DNA from: a virus
Taxonomy: Duplodnaviria > Caudoviricetes
DNA length: 64,000 bases
IMG/VR virus record: IMGVR_UViG_2595698868_000001
Coordinates: 192,001 to 256,000 of that record
Direction: 5' to 3' (one strand)
Shown here one piece after another: positions 45,150 to 53,639 of the stretch. Under the pieces are notes generated by a model that searched no databases, was not told the DNA's origin, and worked only from the letters and a program-made list of their open reading frames with translations. The position numbers and the translations under genes were made by a program. The stretch's first letter is position 1. Every line of letters begins with the position of its first letter.

Positions 45150-45706
45150 GTCTCGTCAGCATCTACGAACGCGCGCTGTTCCTGATCCGGGAGGAGCCCG
45201 ACAACACACCGATGAACGCCTTCGTCGTCGGCCTGAACTACGGTTCCCAAGACGTCCCCACGCGCTATGAAGCCGTTCGGCGTCTCGGGAAGAAGATTGG
45301 TCTGGACGTCCCGGAAGACGCCAATCTGCTGAACGACAAGCAGGTCGATGCCCTGTTGATCAAGATCGACATGTGGCGCAAGGCGCGCACCATCTCGCAG
45401 TTCACCGGTCGCTTGGAGAACGCGTTCGGTGAGGCCCGCCGTGAACGCAACGCCGCCATCCTCGCGGAGGTGGTCAAGCGTTTCGAACGATTCCCGCAGG
45501 CCGCCGTCATCCCGCTGCGCGACGTCTTCGACACTATCTGCCATGAGGCGAGTAAGGTCGAGCCGACCGACAGCGTCTGGGCCGCCGCCGACGCCTACAG
45601 CGCCTTCGAAGTGGTGAACGGGAAGTCCTCGCCCAACTGCCTGCCGGCCGCGTCGGCAGTCGTGCGCCTTAAGGCTGCGCTCCAGGCGAACAGGCCGCCG
45701 GCATGA
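45146..45706 (+). CDS. hypothetical protein
   Basis: ATGA overlap. Confidence 0.7.
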   Translation: MSLVSIYERALFLIREEPDNTPMNAFVVGLNYGSQDVPTRYEAVRRLGKKIGLDVPEDANLLNDKQVDALLIKIDMWRKARTISQFTGRLENAFGEARRERNAAILAEVVKRFERFPQAAVIPLRDVFDTICHEASKVEPTDSVWAAADAYSAFEVVNGKSSPNCLPAASAVVRLKAALQANRPPA

Positions 45707-45990
45707 GCGCCTTCCTGGAGAATGGCAAGGCGACGCGCAACTCGATCCTGATCCACGCGGCCAAGGTCGCGCTGGGCTGGTATCCCAATCCGGCCACGCT
45801 CGATCAGGTAATTGAGGCTGCTGTGGAGCAGCAGGAACGTTCGGTAGGCTTCGACGAAGTCTACGCGGCGGAACGCGCCGCTCGGGCCGCTTTCCGCAAA
45901 CACTACAGCTACCTCGATCTGTCCGCGCCGGTCGAACCCGCCAAGATGGCCCATCGTCTGCTCTTCGTCGCGACGCAGGTGCCTGCGTGA
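45703..45990 (+). CDS. hypothetical protein
   Basis: ATGA overlap. Confidence 0.7.
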   Translation: MSAFLENGKATRNSILIHAAKVALGWYPNPATLDQVIEAAVEQQERSVGFDEVYAAERAARAAFRKHYSYLDLSAPVEPAKMAHRLLFVATQVPA

Positions 45991-46038
45991 GTTGACAGAC
46001 GGCGCCCCGTTCTCTACCCGTGTCAGTGTCCTTCCTTA

Positions 46039-46287
46039 GTGAGCAAATCCGATGCACTGCCGCAACCTGTTCAAGACCACTGGCCTCCTGTTCGCCGGGC
46101 TATTTGCGCCGGTTCGAGTCTGATGTCCGGTTCTAACCTCTATGGCGGTAATGTGCCCTTCATGGTCAACTCGGGGACCTTCGGACGCTGCAAGCACGGG
46201 CATACCCGCTACATGCCGTGCTGGCGCTGCGGCGTCTGGCATCCTATCAAATTCCTGCGCCACCTGATCGCCAACCTGAAAGGCTGA
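46039..46287 (+). CDS. small Cys/His-rich protein
   Basis: Follows class B promoter at 45989; CKHGH...CWRC. Confidence 0.5.
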   Translation: MSKSDALPQPVQDHWPPVRRAICAGSSLMSGSNLYGGNVPFMVNSGTFGRCKHGHTRYMPCWRCGVWHPIKFLRHLIANLKG

Positions 46288-46290
46288 ACC

Positions 46291-46650
46291 ATGGCCCTGG
46301 AAACCATCCCCGAATCCGAACTCGTCCACCGCGCCTACTATCGCGGCTGGAACCGCAACACCAAGTTCGCGCGCTGGGATGCGACGCAGAACTGCTTCGT
46401 GTTCTGGCGCGCGAAGTTCGACTCCGTCTACATCTCGACGGCGCCGTTCGGCGAGAACGCCTACCAAGGCGACATCTTCCGCCCGTACGAGCGTGTCGCC
46501 GATGAAGCGATCACCTTCCCCGTACCGTTCTACGCCGAGGGTGACATCGATCCCGAGCCGACCGCCCAAGCGATGCACGAGGAAGACATGCGCCAGTACA
46601 AGCTGGAGAATCCCGACGTCATCGTGGAACCCTATGGGATGTCGAAGTGA
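46291..46650 (+). CDS. hypothetical phage protein
   Basis: YYRGWNRN...ARWD...F.FWR.KF. Confidence 0.75.
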   Translation: MALETIPESELVHRAYYRGWNRNTKFARWDATQNCFVFWRAKFDSVYISTAPFGENAYQGDIFRPYERVADEAITFPVPFYAEGDIDPEPTAQAMHEEDMRQYKLENPDVIVEPYGMSK

Positions 46651-47264
46651 CCGAACCTTGGCCAATCCGCACTCGCCCGTCGGGCTTCGACATCCAGTCG
46701 AACGCACTCGACATCATCACCCGGCGCTCAGGCCTGAATTCCCAAGGCGGTCCTGACGTGATCATCGTGCCGACTGGCAAGGCCCGTAAGGTTGTTGCGA
46801 GCCAAGGCAAGATCACGCGCACGATCTCGGCTCCCGAAATGGACATGCTCTTGGAGGCGGCGGCCGAGTACATCGTCGAGCAAGGCTGGCGCCGTACAAC
46901 GGCCGACGACGACACGCTTACGATGACCAGCGCTGTCCTGCTCGCGGTGACGGTGTTCAAAGCCTACAACCGCGTGGATGAGGAATCGATGCTGGACCGG
47001 GTGGTGCTGAACCGATTGGCCAAGGCGCTACCGAGCTACTACGAGGGCTGCTCCGTCGACGAAGCCATCGGTAAGTGGGAGGCGACCCCCGGCCGCACCC
47101 TGGAGGACGTCCTGCACGTCCTGCGCACGCGCACCCGACTGCGCGACGACTGCTCGATCTGCCAGGGCCGCAGCGGCGGCGTGCCGGGCAATGAAAACGT
47201 GATTGGGGGCAAGCTGGTCTGTGACTACTGCCACGCCGCCGATATGACCTTGAGAGGGATGTGA
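46647..47264 (+). CDS. DUF6197-like domain plus C-terminal Zn finger
   Basis: AAEYIVEQGW...WEATPGRTLEDVLHVLR; CSIC...CDYC. Confidence 0.65.
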   Translation: MTEPWPIRTRPSGFDIQSNALDIITRRSGLNSQGGPDVIIVPTGKARKVVASQGKITRTISAPEMDMLLEAAAEYIVEQGWRRTTADDDTLTMTSAVLLAVTVFKAYNRVDEESMLDRVVLNRLAKALPSYYEGCSVDEAIGKWEATPGRTLEDVLHVLRTRTRLRDDCSICQGRSGGVPGNENVIGGKLVCDYCHAADMTLRGM

Positions 47265-47647
47265 TGGGGCTGAACTGTACGCATGGCGCCTTCGATGGCG
47301 CCTACTCGCGTTTCCAACGCTTCCGCGTGGCGATCTGCCGCGCGATGGGCGGCTCGTACCCCAACGGCTACGACGGGGAGACGAACTGGTACTACGGTCC
47401 CGGAATGGACCGTGACACTCATCCAGGGCTCTACATCCTCCTCTGCCACAGCGACTGCGACGGTCACCTGACGCCGAAGGAGTGCCGGCTGGTCGCGGAC
47501 GATCTGGACAAGATGGTGCCGTTGCTCGCGCAACTACCGGACCACGATCCCACGGTCCGCAGTCATAGCTTCGTCGAGATGGCCGAGACGTTCGCGGCCG
47601 GTTGCCGTGAGGCTGCCTCGAAGCGTCAGAAGCTGAAGTTCATGTGA
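47261..47647 (+). CDS. hypothetical phage protein
   Basis: YSRFQRFR...LLCHSDCDGHLTPKEC. Confidence 0.75.
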   Translation: MMGLNCTHGAFDGAYSRFQRFRVAICRAMGGSYPNGYDGETNWYYGPGMDRDTHPGLYILLCHSDCDGHLTPKECRLVADDLDKMVPLLAQLPDHDPTVRSHSFVEMAETFAAGCREAASKRQKLKFM

Positions 47648-48012
47648 TGCAGGCCCCTCGGAAAGTCCAGGGCGGCTACAAGCCTGAAACCGCCGAGCAT
47701 GGCGATCCGCCGTTCGGAGGCAGTGCGGTCCGCCCGTCTGGCTATCGCGTCGAACGCATGGGCTTCTTCGAGCACCGCGTGCCGACCTACGAAGAGCCTG
47801 CCCCTGAGCCGCCGGCGCCTAAGCGCGACTATCTGACGTGGCTGATCGCTGCCCTGCTCTGGGGCGGCGCCGTCTTCGCCGTCGCCCGTGCAGCGGGGCT
47901 TCCCATCTGGAACGCCGGGTGGACGATCGACGCAGTCGATCTGGCGCTGCTTCCCGTCGGAGTCTGGAGCATCTGGTTCTGGCAAGGCCTCGCGGAGAAG
48001 AAACGTCGATGA
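47644..48012 (+). CDS. membrane protein
   Basis: Two C-terminal TM segments. Confidence 0.65.
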   Translation: MMQAPRKVQGGYKPETAEHGDPPFGGSAVRPSGYRVERMGFFEHRVPTYEEPAPEPPAPKRDYLTWLIAALLWGGAVFAVARAAGLPIWNAGWTIDAVDLALLPVGVWSIWFWQGLAEKKRR

Positions 48013-48338
48013 GTCAGCGGCATCAAATGGTCCAGATGCTCAACGCCGACATCCTCCAACTCAATGAGGATGGGACGGGCAAGCTGGTCGACCAACCCTA
48101 CGACCTGATCATTCAACTCAATCTCAACTACGTCGATCACGGGGACATGGTCGATTTGGTCGAATTGGGTATCCAGGCCATGGCCGCCCGCGAAGATCTT
48201 CTGAAGATCACGCGCGAGAATCCGCCGCATCCGATGACAGCCGAGGACGTCGACGTGGTGATCGCGGCGACGCGTCAGCGCCGGTTCAAGGCCGAGGCGC
48301 TGCTACCGCTTATTCGCCGGCCTGGGCCGGTTCGCTAA
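48009..48338 (+). CDS. hypothetical protein
   Basis: ATGA overlap. Confidence 0.65.
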   Translation: MSQRHQMVQMLNADILQLNEDGTGKLVDQPYDLIIQLNLNYVDHGDMVDLVELGIQAMAAREDLLKITRENPPHPMTAEDVDVVIAATRQRRFKAEALLPLIRRPGPVR

Positions 48339-48353
48339 AGGGGAGGGGCTAAG

Positions 48354-48896
48354 ATGGGTGGATACGCTAAAAAGCCGTCGGAGCCTAAGTGGTGGTGGTC
48401 CAAGGCGCGACGCGCTGAACATGAGGCGCAGGCCGCCCAAGCTCAGGCAGAGAAGCGCGCTCAGGCGGAACAGAAGCGGGAGCAGAAGGCGCGGGACGCT
48501 AAGGCTCAAGCCCTGAAACTGCGCCGACAGCTTCGTCGCGCCGGCGCACATCGCGTCGTGCAGACCAATCAGGACCGATTCCATGTTGAGCAGATCAACG
48601 CACAGGGTAAATGGTTCCCTGTTACCTACTACGGGGAATGGTTGAATGGTCATTGGGAAGACCTTAAGACGCATCACTATGAGTCGTTAGAACAAGCCGC
48701 CAAAAATGGTCAAGGTTTCGAGGAAGATTTCAAGTCTCAAGTGACTTGGGAGATTAAGCGCCTGACCGAGTACAGCAACATCTTGAGCCCGCCTAATTAC
48801 GAGCCCATCCCCGTAAACGGTGGAATTAATCCTGATGAGGCGCTAGTCCGCGCTGTAGCCTCGGTCTGGGGCGGTAAGGAGTACAAGTACACGTGA
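48354..48896 (+). CDS. hypothetical protein
   Basis: GGAGG RBS; coiled-coil N-half, AT-richer C-half. Confidence 0.7.
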   Translation: MGGYAKKPSEPKWWWSKARRAEHEAQAAQAQAEKRAQAEQKREQKARDAKAQALKLRRQLRRAGAHRVVQTNQDRFHVEQINAQGKWFPVTYYGEWLNGHWEDLKTHHYESLEQAAKNGQGFEEDFKSQVTWEIKRLTEYSNILSPPNYEPIPVNGGINPDEALVRAVASVWGGKEYKYT

Positions 48897-49351
48897 CCCA
48901 AGAACGCTCACCCTGCCCCGATCTCGGCGGATACGTCCGTGATCCGGCCTATCACCTGATGCGCCTTCGGATGCTGCTGACCTGCACGAATGCTCCGGAG
49001 GACGCGGTGCTCCGCGACGCCCTGATCCGGCTGAACGCGCATCTGGAGAAGGACACGGACCTACTGTCCTCGCTCCGTGGTGAACGGAAGCTCCACTACG
49101 ACATCATGTCCGATCCTCGTGAAGACGGGGGTGTTCGTATCTGGAGCTACACACTGCGCGGGCTGCACCTTTCCGGCGCAGACAGTGGTGAAACGTTCGC
49201 CATGTTGCCGGATGCGATCAAGACGCTGTTGATCGCCAACGAGGGTGTTGCGGCCGACGAGATCATCTCGATCGCGATCAATCGCACGACGGATATCCCC
49301 TACAAGCGAGACGTCGTCGTCACACTGAAGCCGCTGCCGTCCGTTAACTAA
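48893..49351 (+). CDS. hypothetical protein (possible HicB-like C-terminal fold)
   Basis: GTGA overlap; REDGGVRIWS..L.GL.LSG.D. Confidence 0.6.
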   Translation: MTQERSPCPDLGGYVRDPAYHLMRLRMLLTCTNAPEDAVLRDALIRLNAHLEKDTDLLSSLRGERKLHYDIMSDPREDGGVRIWSYTLRGLHLSGADSGETFAMLPDAIKTLLIANEGVAADEIISIAINRTTDIPYKRDVVVTLKPLPSVN

Positions 49352-49385
49352 GTCGACGAAAAAAGTTCAAGAATCCTGTCATCAA

Positions 49386-49420
49386 GAGTTGACGGACGGC
49401 AGGGAGGCCAATAGATAGAC
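49386..49420 (+). promoter_or_regulatory. class B promoter driving the tRNA-like RNA pair
   Basis: GAGTTGACGGACGGC with an AT-rich -10-like ATAGAT ~40 nt upstream of RNA 1. Confidence 0.65.
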
Positions 49421-49460
49421 ATCAAGCGCGGCGGAGAAATCCTAAGCGTCGATGAGAGAT

Positions 49461-49736
49461 CGGAGGGTAGCTCAGCGGGTAGAGCACCAGGGCCGCACAA
49501 TCATCGGGTGAGACCAAGTTAGGTGACGCGGATGGCACATTCTTCAGTGCCGGAAACCGAGCCAAGCAAGGTTGGAAGTCCCTTTAGCGAGGGATGGACT
49601 TGGACGAAGATGAATACTGGCGAGGCGGTACGGGATAGGCCATTCCGGAAACCAGACTAGGAAAGTCGACGAAAGATCATTCGGTGCGCGGATGAAGACC
49701 TGGGTGTCGGGGGTTCGAATCCTTCCCCTCTGACCA
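49461..49736 (+). ncRNA. tRNA-like RNA 1 with a 200-nt insert in the anticodon loop
   Basis: Acceptor CGGAGGG/CCCTCTG+ACCA; D arm GCTC/GAGC; anticodon stem CCAGG (49487-91)/CCTGG (49699-703); T arm GGGGG-TTCGAAT-CCTTC; 207 nt between the stem strands. Confidence 0.85.
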
Positions 49737-49748
49737 TCTCTCGAATAA

Positions 49749-49997
49749 CGGTGTGTAGCTCAGGTGGTAGAGCGCCAGGGCCGGGATTACTGTGATGCTG
49801 CGGAACGAAGCCGACGCCGGGGTCGCTACTCGGAAGACGCTGGACTGAAGCAACGATGAGCTAGCGGATTACACGGCTCAGCGCGATGGCTAACTTCGGC
49901 CATAAGCGGGTGCTGAAGAAACGCTGGCAAGAGTCGGGGATCACAGCCTGGATGAAGACCTGGAGGTCGGGCGTTCGACTCGCGCCCACACCGACCA
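49749..49997 (+). ncRNA. tRNA-like RNA 2 with a 172-nt insert in the anticodon loop
   Basis: Acceptor CGGTGTG/CACACCG+ACCA; D arm GCTC/GAGC; CCAGG (49775-79)/CCTGG (49959-63); T loop TTCGACT; 179 nt between the stem strands. Confidence 0.85.
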
Positions 49998-50025
49998 TTC
50001 CCTTTCACAGCACAGGAGGCCTCTC

Positions 50026-50571
50026 ATGACGATCACGATTGAGGCCTCGCTGCTGGCCAACGAAACCCCCTCGCAATTGGTCGGGCATATGCTCGATCTC
50101 GCTGACGTACGTCCTGGGCACTCGGTCCTGGAGCCCAGCGCGGGCGACGGCCGTCTCGCGTTCGAGGCCGTGGCCCGAGGCGCCGATGTCACCGCAATCG
50201 AACTGAACCAGCGCTGCTGCGAGAGCATCGCCAAGCAGCGTGACATGTACGGTCTTCCGAAGTCCGTCCTGGCAGTGCGCCGCTCCGACTTCCTGATGAC
50301 GCCGGTGACGACGTTGTACGATCGCGTGGTCATGAACCCTCCGCGCGCCAATGTTCCGCACGTGACGCACGCCTACAGCTTCCTGAAGCCGGGCGGCCGA
50401 CTGGTCGCGTTGATCCACCGTGAGCATGCCCAGGCGATCATCGTTCATCTGGGTGTTGTCGGTGATGCGGAATACTCGCTCACGACCCTGCCGGCCGGCA
50501 TGTTCCATTTCGACGGCAAGCCGATCGAAGCCGCGCTCATCACGCTGTGGAAGCCGCATGAAGCTGCCTAG
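50026..50571 (+). CDS. SAM-dependent (N6-adenine-type) methyltransferase
   Basis: TP..LV..M, VLEPSAGDG, AIELN, YDRVVMNPP, LKPGGRLV. Confidence 0.85.
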   Translation: MTITIEASLLANETPSQLVGHMLDLADVRPGHSVLEPSAGDGRLAFEAVARGADVTAIELNQRCCESIAKQRDMYGLPKSVLAVRRSDFLMTPVTTLYDRVVMNPPRANVPHVTHAYSFLKPGGRLVALIHREHAQAIIVHLGVVGDAEYSLTTLPAGMFHFDGKPIEAALITLWKPHEAA

Positions 50572-51046
50572 CCTGATCTGGCGCCGGCCCGGCGGCCTGG
50601 AGGAGTGTCCGTACTTCCGCTTGACCAAGCTGGACTTCGGCCCCTTCTCGATCCGCGCCCACGAGTGGAACGGCGACGACGATCACCGCGCCTATCACGA
50701 TCACCCGAACTGGTTCATCACCTTAGTGCTGAAAGGTGGCTACACCGACGAGAGTCCGGACATGCGCCCTGAGGTGATCGAACGGCTTGGCGAGCCGGGC
50801 AAGGTCTATGACGTGCTTCGCGCAGGCTCGATCCGGTACCGCCGTGCCGACTTCGCCCACAAGGTCATCAATGTCAAGCCGGGCACGGTCACGCTGCTGA
50901 TCGCCGGCCGACCGTCGCGGCGTTGGGGCTTCTGGATCAAAGGCAAGCTGATCAAGCGCGATCGCTACTTCATTGAGCAGGGCCACCACGGCTGCACGCC
51001 CGACGCGGCTCCGATCCGCAGACGTCCCGACGGTTCCCGGCTATGA
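50558..51046 (+). CDS. cupin-fold protein
   Basis: DDHRAYHDHPNWFITLVLKGGY...H.V...WGF. Confidence 0.75.
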   Translation: MKLPSLIWRRPGGLEECPYFRLTKLDFGPFSIRAHEWNGDDDHRAYHDHPNWFITLVLKGGYTDESPDMRPEVIERLGEPGKVYDVLRAGSIRYRRADFAHKVINVKPGTVTLLIAGRPSRRWGFWIKGKLIKRDRYFIEQGHHGCTPDAAPIRRRPDGSRL

Positions 51047-51321
51047 TCTACTACCTGGAGGACGGCACGGTCATGGACCTGCGCTTCCAGTGTGTGAGGT
51101 GCGGTAAGCTGACTGGTGGGCGTCGACCTCGTGATGGTATCGGGCCGGGTGACGGGAGCTACTACTGGCCTCGCCGGCACAAGAGCGATCTGGGCGACCC
51201 CTGCCCCGGCATCTATGACGAGGCCGAGTGGGTCGAACGGGAAGTCGGCCGCGTCGAACCGCTCGAACGCTCGCAGTCTCGGCTGCGGGGAAAACTAGAC
51301 TTCAAGCGCCACAAGGTGTAA
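51043..51321 (+). CDS. small Zn-finger-like protein
   Basis: CVRCG...RRH...CPG. Confidence 0.65.
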   Translation: MIYYLEDGTVMDLRFQCVRCGKLTGGRRPRDGIGPGDGSYYWPRRHKSDLGDPCPGIYDEAEWVEREVGRVEPLERSQSRLRGKLDFKRHKV

Positions 51322-51387
51322 CTATGCCGTATGTCGATCAAGAACGAGGTGGTCGTCTTCCGTTAGGTTAGCCAACGGAGACTACCC

Positions 51388-51873
51388 ATGACCCAGAACT
51401 GGCGCCGCGTTGACGGCCCTGTGATCGCCCTCGAAACCTGGGGGACGGCGCGCCGCTTTGACTCTCTGGTGGAGGCGGTGCAATACTATGCGCGCGGTTA
51501 CTACGGTGACCCGAAGATGCGTCACATCCTCGACCAGGACGGCCTCTATATCCCGGCCTGGAAGATCGACGAAGTCGCTCGCCTGAATCCGCGCCCTAGC
51601 TATCGGCGATGGAACCGCCGGTACGTCTTCCGGCAAGGGCCGGTGGAGGGCGTCCGCTGCACGCGCGCCAGTCGCCGGCGTTGCTACCGCCGGATCGCCA
51701 CGACCGGCGAGCGCCGTGAGAATGGCTTCCTCTGCTATGACGAGGACGCGGTCGACCTGGGCGTGAAGGTTCGTGGGAAGCGTTCGAAGCTCCCGTCGGC
51801 CTGGGACGACGTCCAGCACGCGCGTCGCGGCAACGGCTGGAAGCGCAACCGGCAGAAGCAATATCGGGAATGA
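51388..51873 (+). CDS. Arg-rich hypothetical phage protein
   Basis: GGAG RBS; FRQGPV...LPSAWDD...WKRNRQKQY. Confidence 0.75.
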   Translation: MTQNWRRVDGPVIALETWGTARRFDSLVEAVQYYARGYYGDPKMRHILDQDGLYIPAWKIDEVARLNPRPSYRRWNRRYVFRQGPVEGVRCTRASRRRCYRRIATTGERRENGFLCYDEDAVDLGVKVRGKRSKLPSAWDDVQHARRGNGWKRNRQKQYRE

Positions 51874-52067
51874 CCCACACTCTCGCCAAGCGCAGCGGCC
51901 GTCTCTGGGTTCTCCAGGACGGCCAGCCGCTATACACCCCTCCCGATTTTGTCAGGCGTGAGATGCGCGGACGAGGGCTCATGGTCGAGTTGGTCGCCCG
52001 GCTAAACGCCGGCGACAGCTACATCAAGTCGATAGTCTGGTTCGAGACGGCGGTCCGTCCCTGCTAA
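51870..52067 (+). CDS. hypothetical protein
   Basis: ATGA overlap; last gene of the long + strand block. Confidence 0.6.
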   Translation: MTHTLAKRSGRLWVLQDGQPLYTPPDFVRREMRGRGLMVELVARLNAGDSYIKSIVWFETAVRPC

Positions 52068-52231
52068 AGCGTGATGATGATCGGGCGCGAGGCTTCCTTG
52101 CGGCGGACCTCCGCGTCCAGTTCCTTCGCCGCGTTGCGATCGCGGGCCGCGTCGGTGATCCAGATCAGGGCCGCTAGGAAGGCGAGTACGCCGCCCAGGC
52201 TGCCAATGAATATGCCGGCCGAGTAATCCAT
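52064..52231 (-). CDS. small membrane protein (55 aa)
   Basis: GGAG RBS; MDYSAGIFIGSLGGVLAFLAALIWI TM; convergent with the previous gene. Confidence 0.6.
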   Translation of the reverse strand: MDYSAGIFIGSLGGVLAFLAALIWITDAARDRNAAKELDAEVRRKEASRPIIITL

Positions 52232-52267
52232 GGTGATCTCCAGGCCTCGGGATGAGGCAGCTAGACC

Positions 52268-52711
52268 TTACACCGCTGGCGGCGGCGGCTCAACGGTGCG
52301 GTACATGACAAGCGGCTGCGGAGACCCCGCCGGCTTGATCTCCGATACCTTCGATTCCGCCAAGCCTGCGTGTTTCAGTGCGTGCAGAGAGGCCCGGACC
52401 TTGTCGGGGTTGTAGCCCAGCACTTCCACGAGTTGGTGGACGAAGACCCACCCGTGCCTTTCCTGGAGACCTTCCAGGGCGCCCAGGGTTGCCTGGGATG
52501 CCGGCGCTTGCGCTCGTCGTTGCACCTTCTCGGACAAGCTCAGTCGATCGCGGCGCACACGGCGCTTCCCCAGGCCTTGAAGTAGCGCATGGACATGGTC
52601 ATGATCCATGCGGACCTCGACGCCATTGAACGCCAGGACCGCACCGTCCTTCACGAGGCGGACGTCGAGGGCATCGCCAGGAGCCAGCGTGATGTTGATC
52701 GCCAGCTTCAC
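52268..52711 (-). CDS. winged-helix domain protein
   Basis: VHQLVEVLGYNPDKVRASLHALKHAGLAE. Confidence 0.65.
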   Translation of the reverse strand: MKLAINITLAPGDALDVRLVKDGAVLAFNGVEVRMDHDHVHALLQGLGKRRVRRDRLSLSEKVQRRAQAPASQATLGALEGLQERHGWVFVHQLVEVLGYNPDKVRASLHALKHAGLAESKVSEIKPAGSPQPLVMYRTVEPPPPAV

Positions 52712-53427
52712 TCCGCGCCCTCCAGCATGTTCAGCGCAGCTTGGGCGATCTCGCGCGGCGACATCTTCCGCTTCGGCGTGTTGAAATAGAGTGTTTTGAG
52801 TAGTTGCCGCGTCATCTCGATCCGGCGCTGTTGGCGCAAGGCCTCGGCCGACGTGAGTTCGTCGACCGTCTTTTGCGCGCGCTTCAGCACGGCGGGCCAG
52901 CCTGCGCGACGCCTTGCTCGCTCCTCCTCGGAAACAGGCTCATCCACCCACTCACCGGTCTCCCGATTGCGGTAACGCTCCGTCTGCGGATACAGCGGAT
53001 CAGCCAGCATCGCGGTGAAGTTCTCGACGGTGTGCTCGGCCTGCTGAAGCTTGTCGCGATGGTCGAGCCAGCCGATATGGCAGAGCGACTTGAGAACCCA
53101 GAGCATTCCTACGGCATCATGGACCTGGACCGCTTCAGCCAGGAGAAGCGCCTGATCGTGGGCAGCCTTCGACCAATCGCGCTCGCCGGCGCCGATCCGA
53201 AGGTTGTAGTTATAGGGCTTACCGAAATCGAGCCCACCAGTCACGGCGATCCTCGGCTTGTAGCCTACATGGCCCATCGCCGGCGCATCGCGCCCTTCAG
53301 CCCAGAACTCGACGAGGACGTGATCCGTCGCCATCGTGGAGCCGTTGACCGACACGAGGAATGAACCCAGGCCCGGAATGACGACCGGTTTGCGGTCGCC
53401 CTGGAGATGAATGAACCCCCGGCTCAC
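52708..53427 (-). CDS. hypothetical protein
   Basis: GTGA-coupled in the - strand operon. Confidence 0.7.
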   Translation of the reverse strand: MSRGFIHLQGDRKPVVIPGLGSFLVSVNGSTMATDHVLVEFWAEGRDAPAMGHVGYKPRIAVTGGLDFGKPYNYNLRIGAGERDWSKAAHDQALLLAEAVQVHDAVGMLWVLKSLCHIGWLDHRDKLQQAEHTVENFTAMLADPLYPQTERYRNRETGEWVDEPVSEEERARRRAGWPAVLKRAQKTVDELTSAEALRQQRRIEMTRQLLKTLYFNTPKRKMSPREIAQAALNMLEGAE

Positions 53428-53639
53428 AGGTACACCTCGGCCAGTTCGGGCGCGGCATCCTCGCCGTGCTCGTTGAACCACATCAGGATGGCGCTGTGGT
53501 ACAGATCGGCCGCTTTCGCTTTGGTGGGTGTCCGCATCAGGTCAAGACGCCGCGCGTCGAGTTCGACCTGATCGGACAGTTCGGCGATGCGCTCCAGCGC
53601 TTCGAAGTCACGGCGGACGGTGTCGTAGTGGAGCGCCAT
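53424..53639 (-). CDS. hypothetical protein
   Basis: TAATG coupling. Confidence 0.7.
   Translation of the reverse strand: MALHYDTVRRDFEALERIAELSDQVELDARRLDLMRTPTKAKAADLYHSAILMWFNEHGEDAAPELAEVYL

Noticed and set aside
49492-49951. Inserts as canonical group I introns, or the RNAs as tmRNA
   Set aside because: No U at the 5' exon end and no recognisable P7 core by eye. Both RNAs have full D stems and no G3:U70 alanine identity, unlike tmRNA. Not formally excluded without an Infernal search.
49826-50008. 60-aa - strand ORF over tRNA-like RNA 2
   Set aside because: Antisense to a clearly tRNA-shaped RNA, with no RBS or coding signature.
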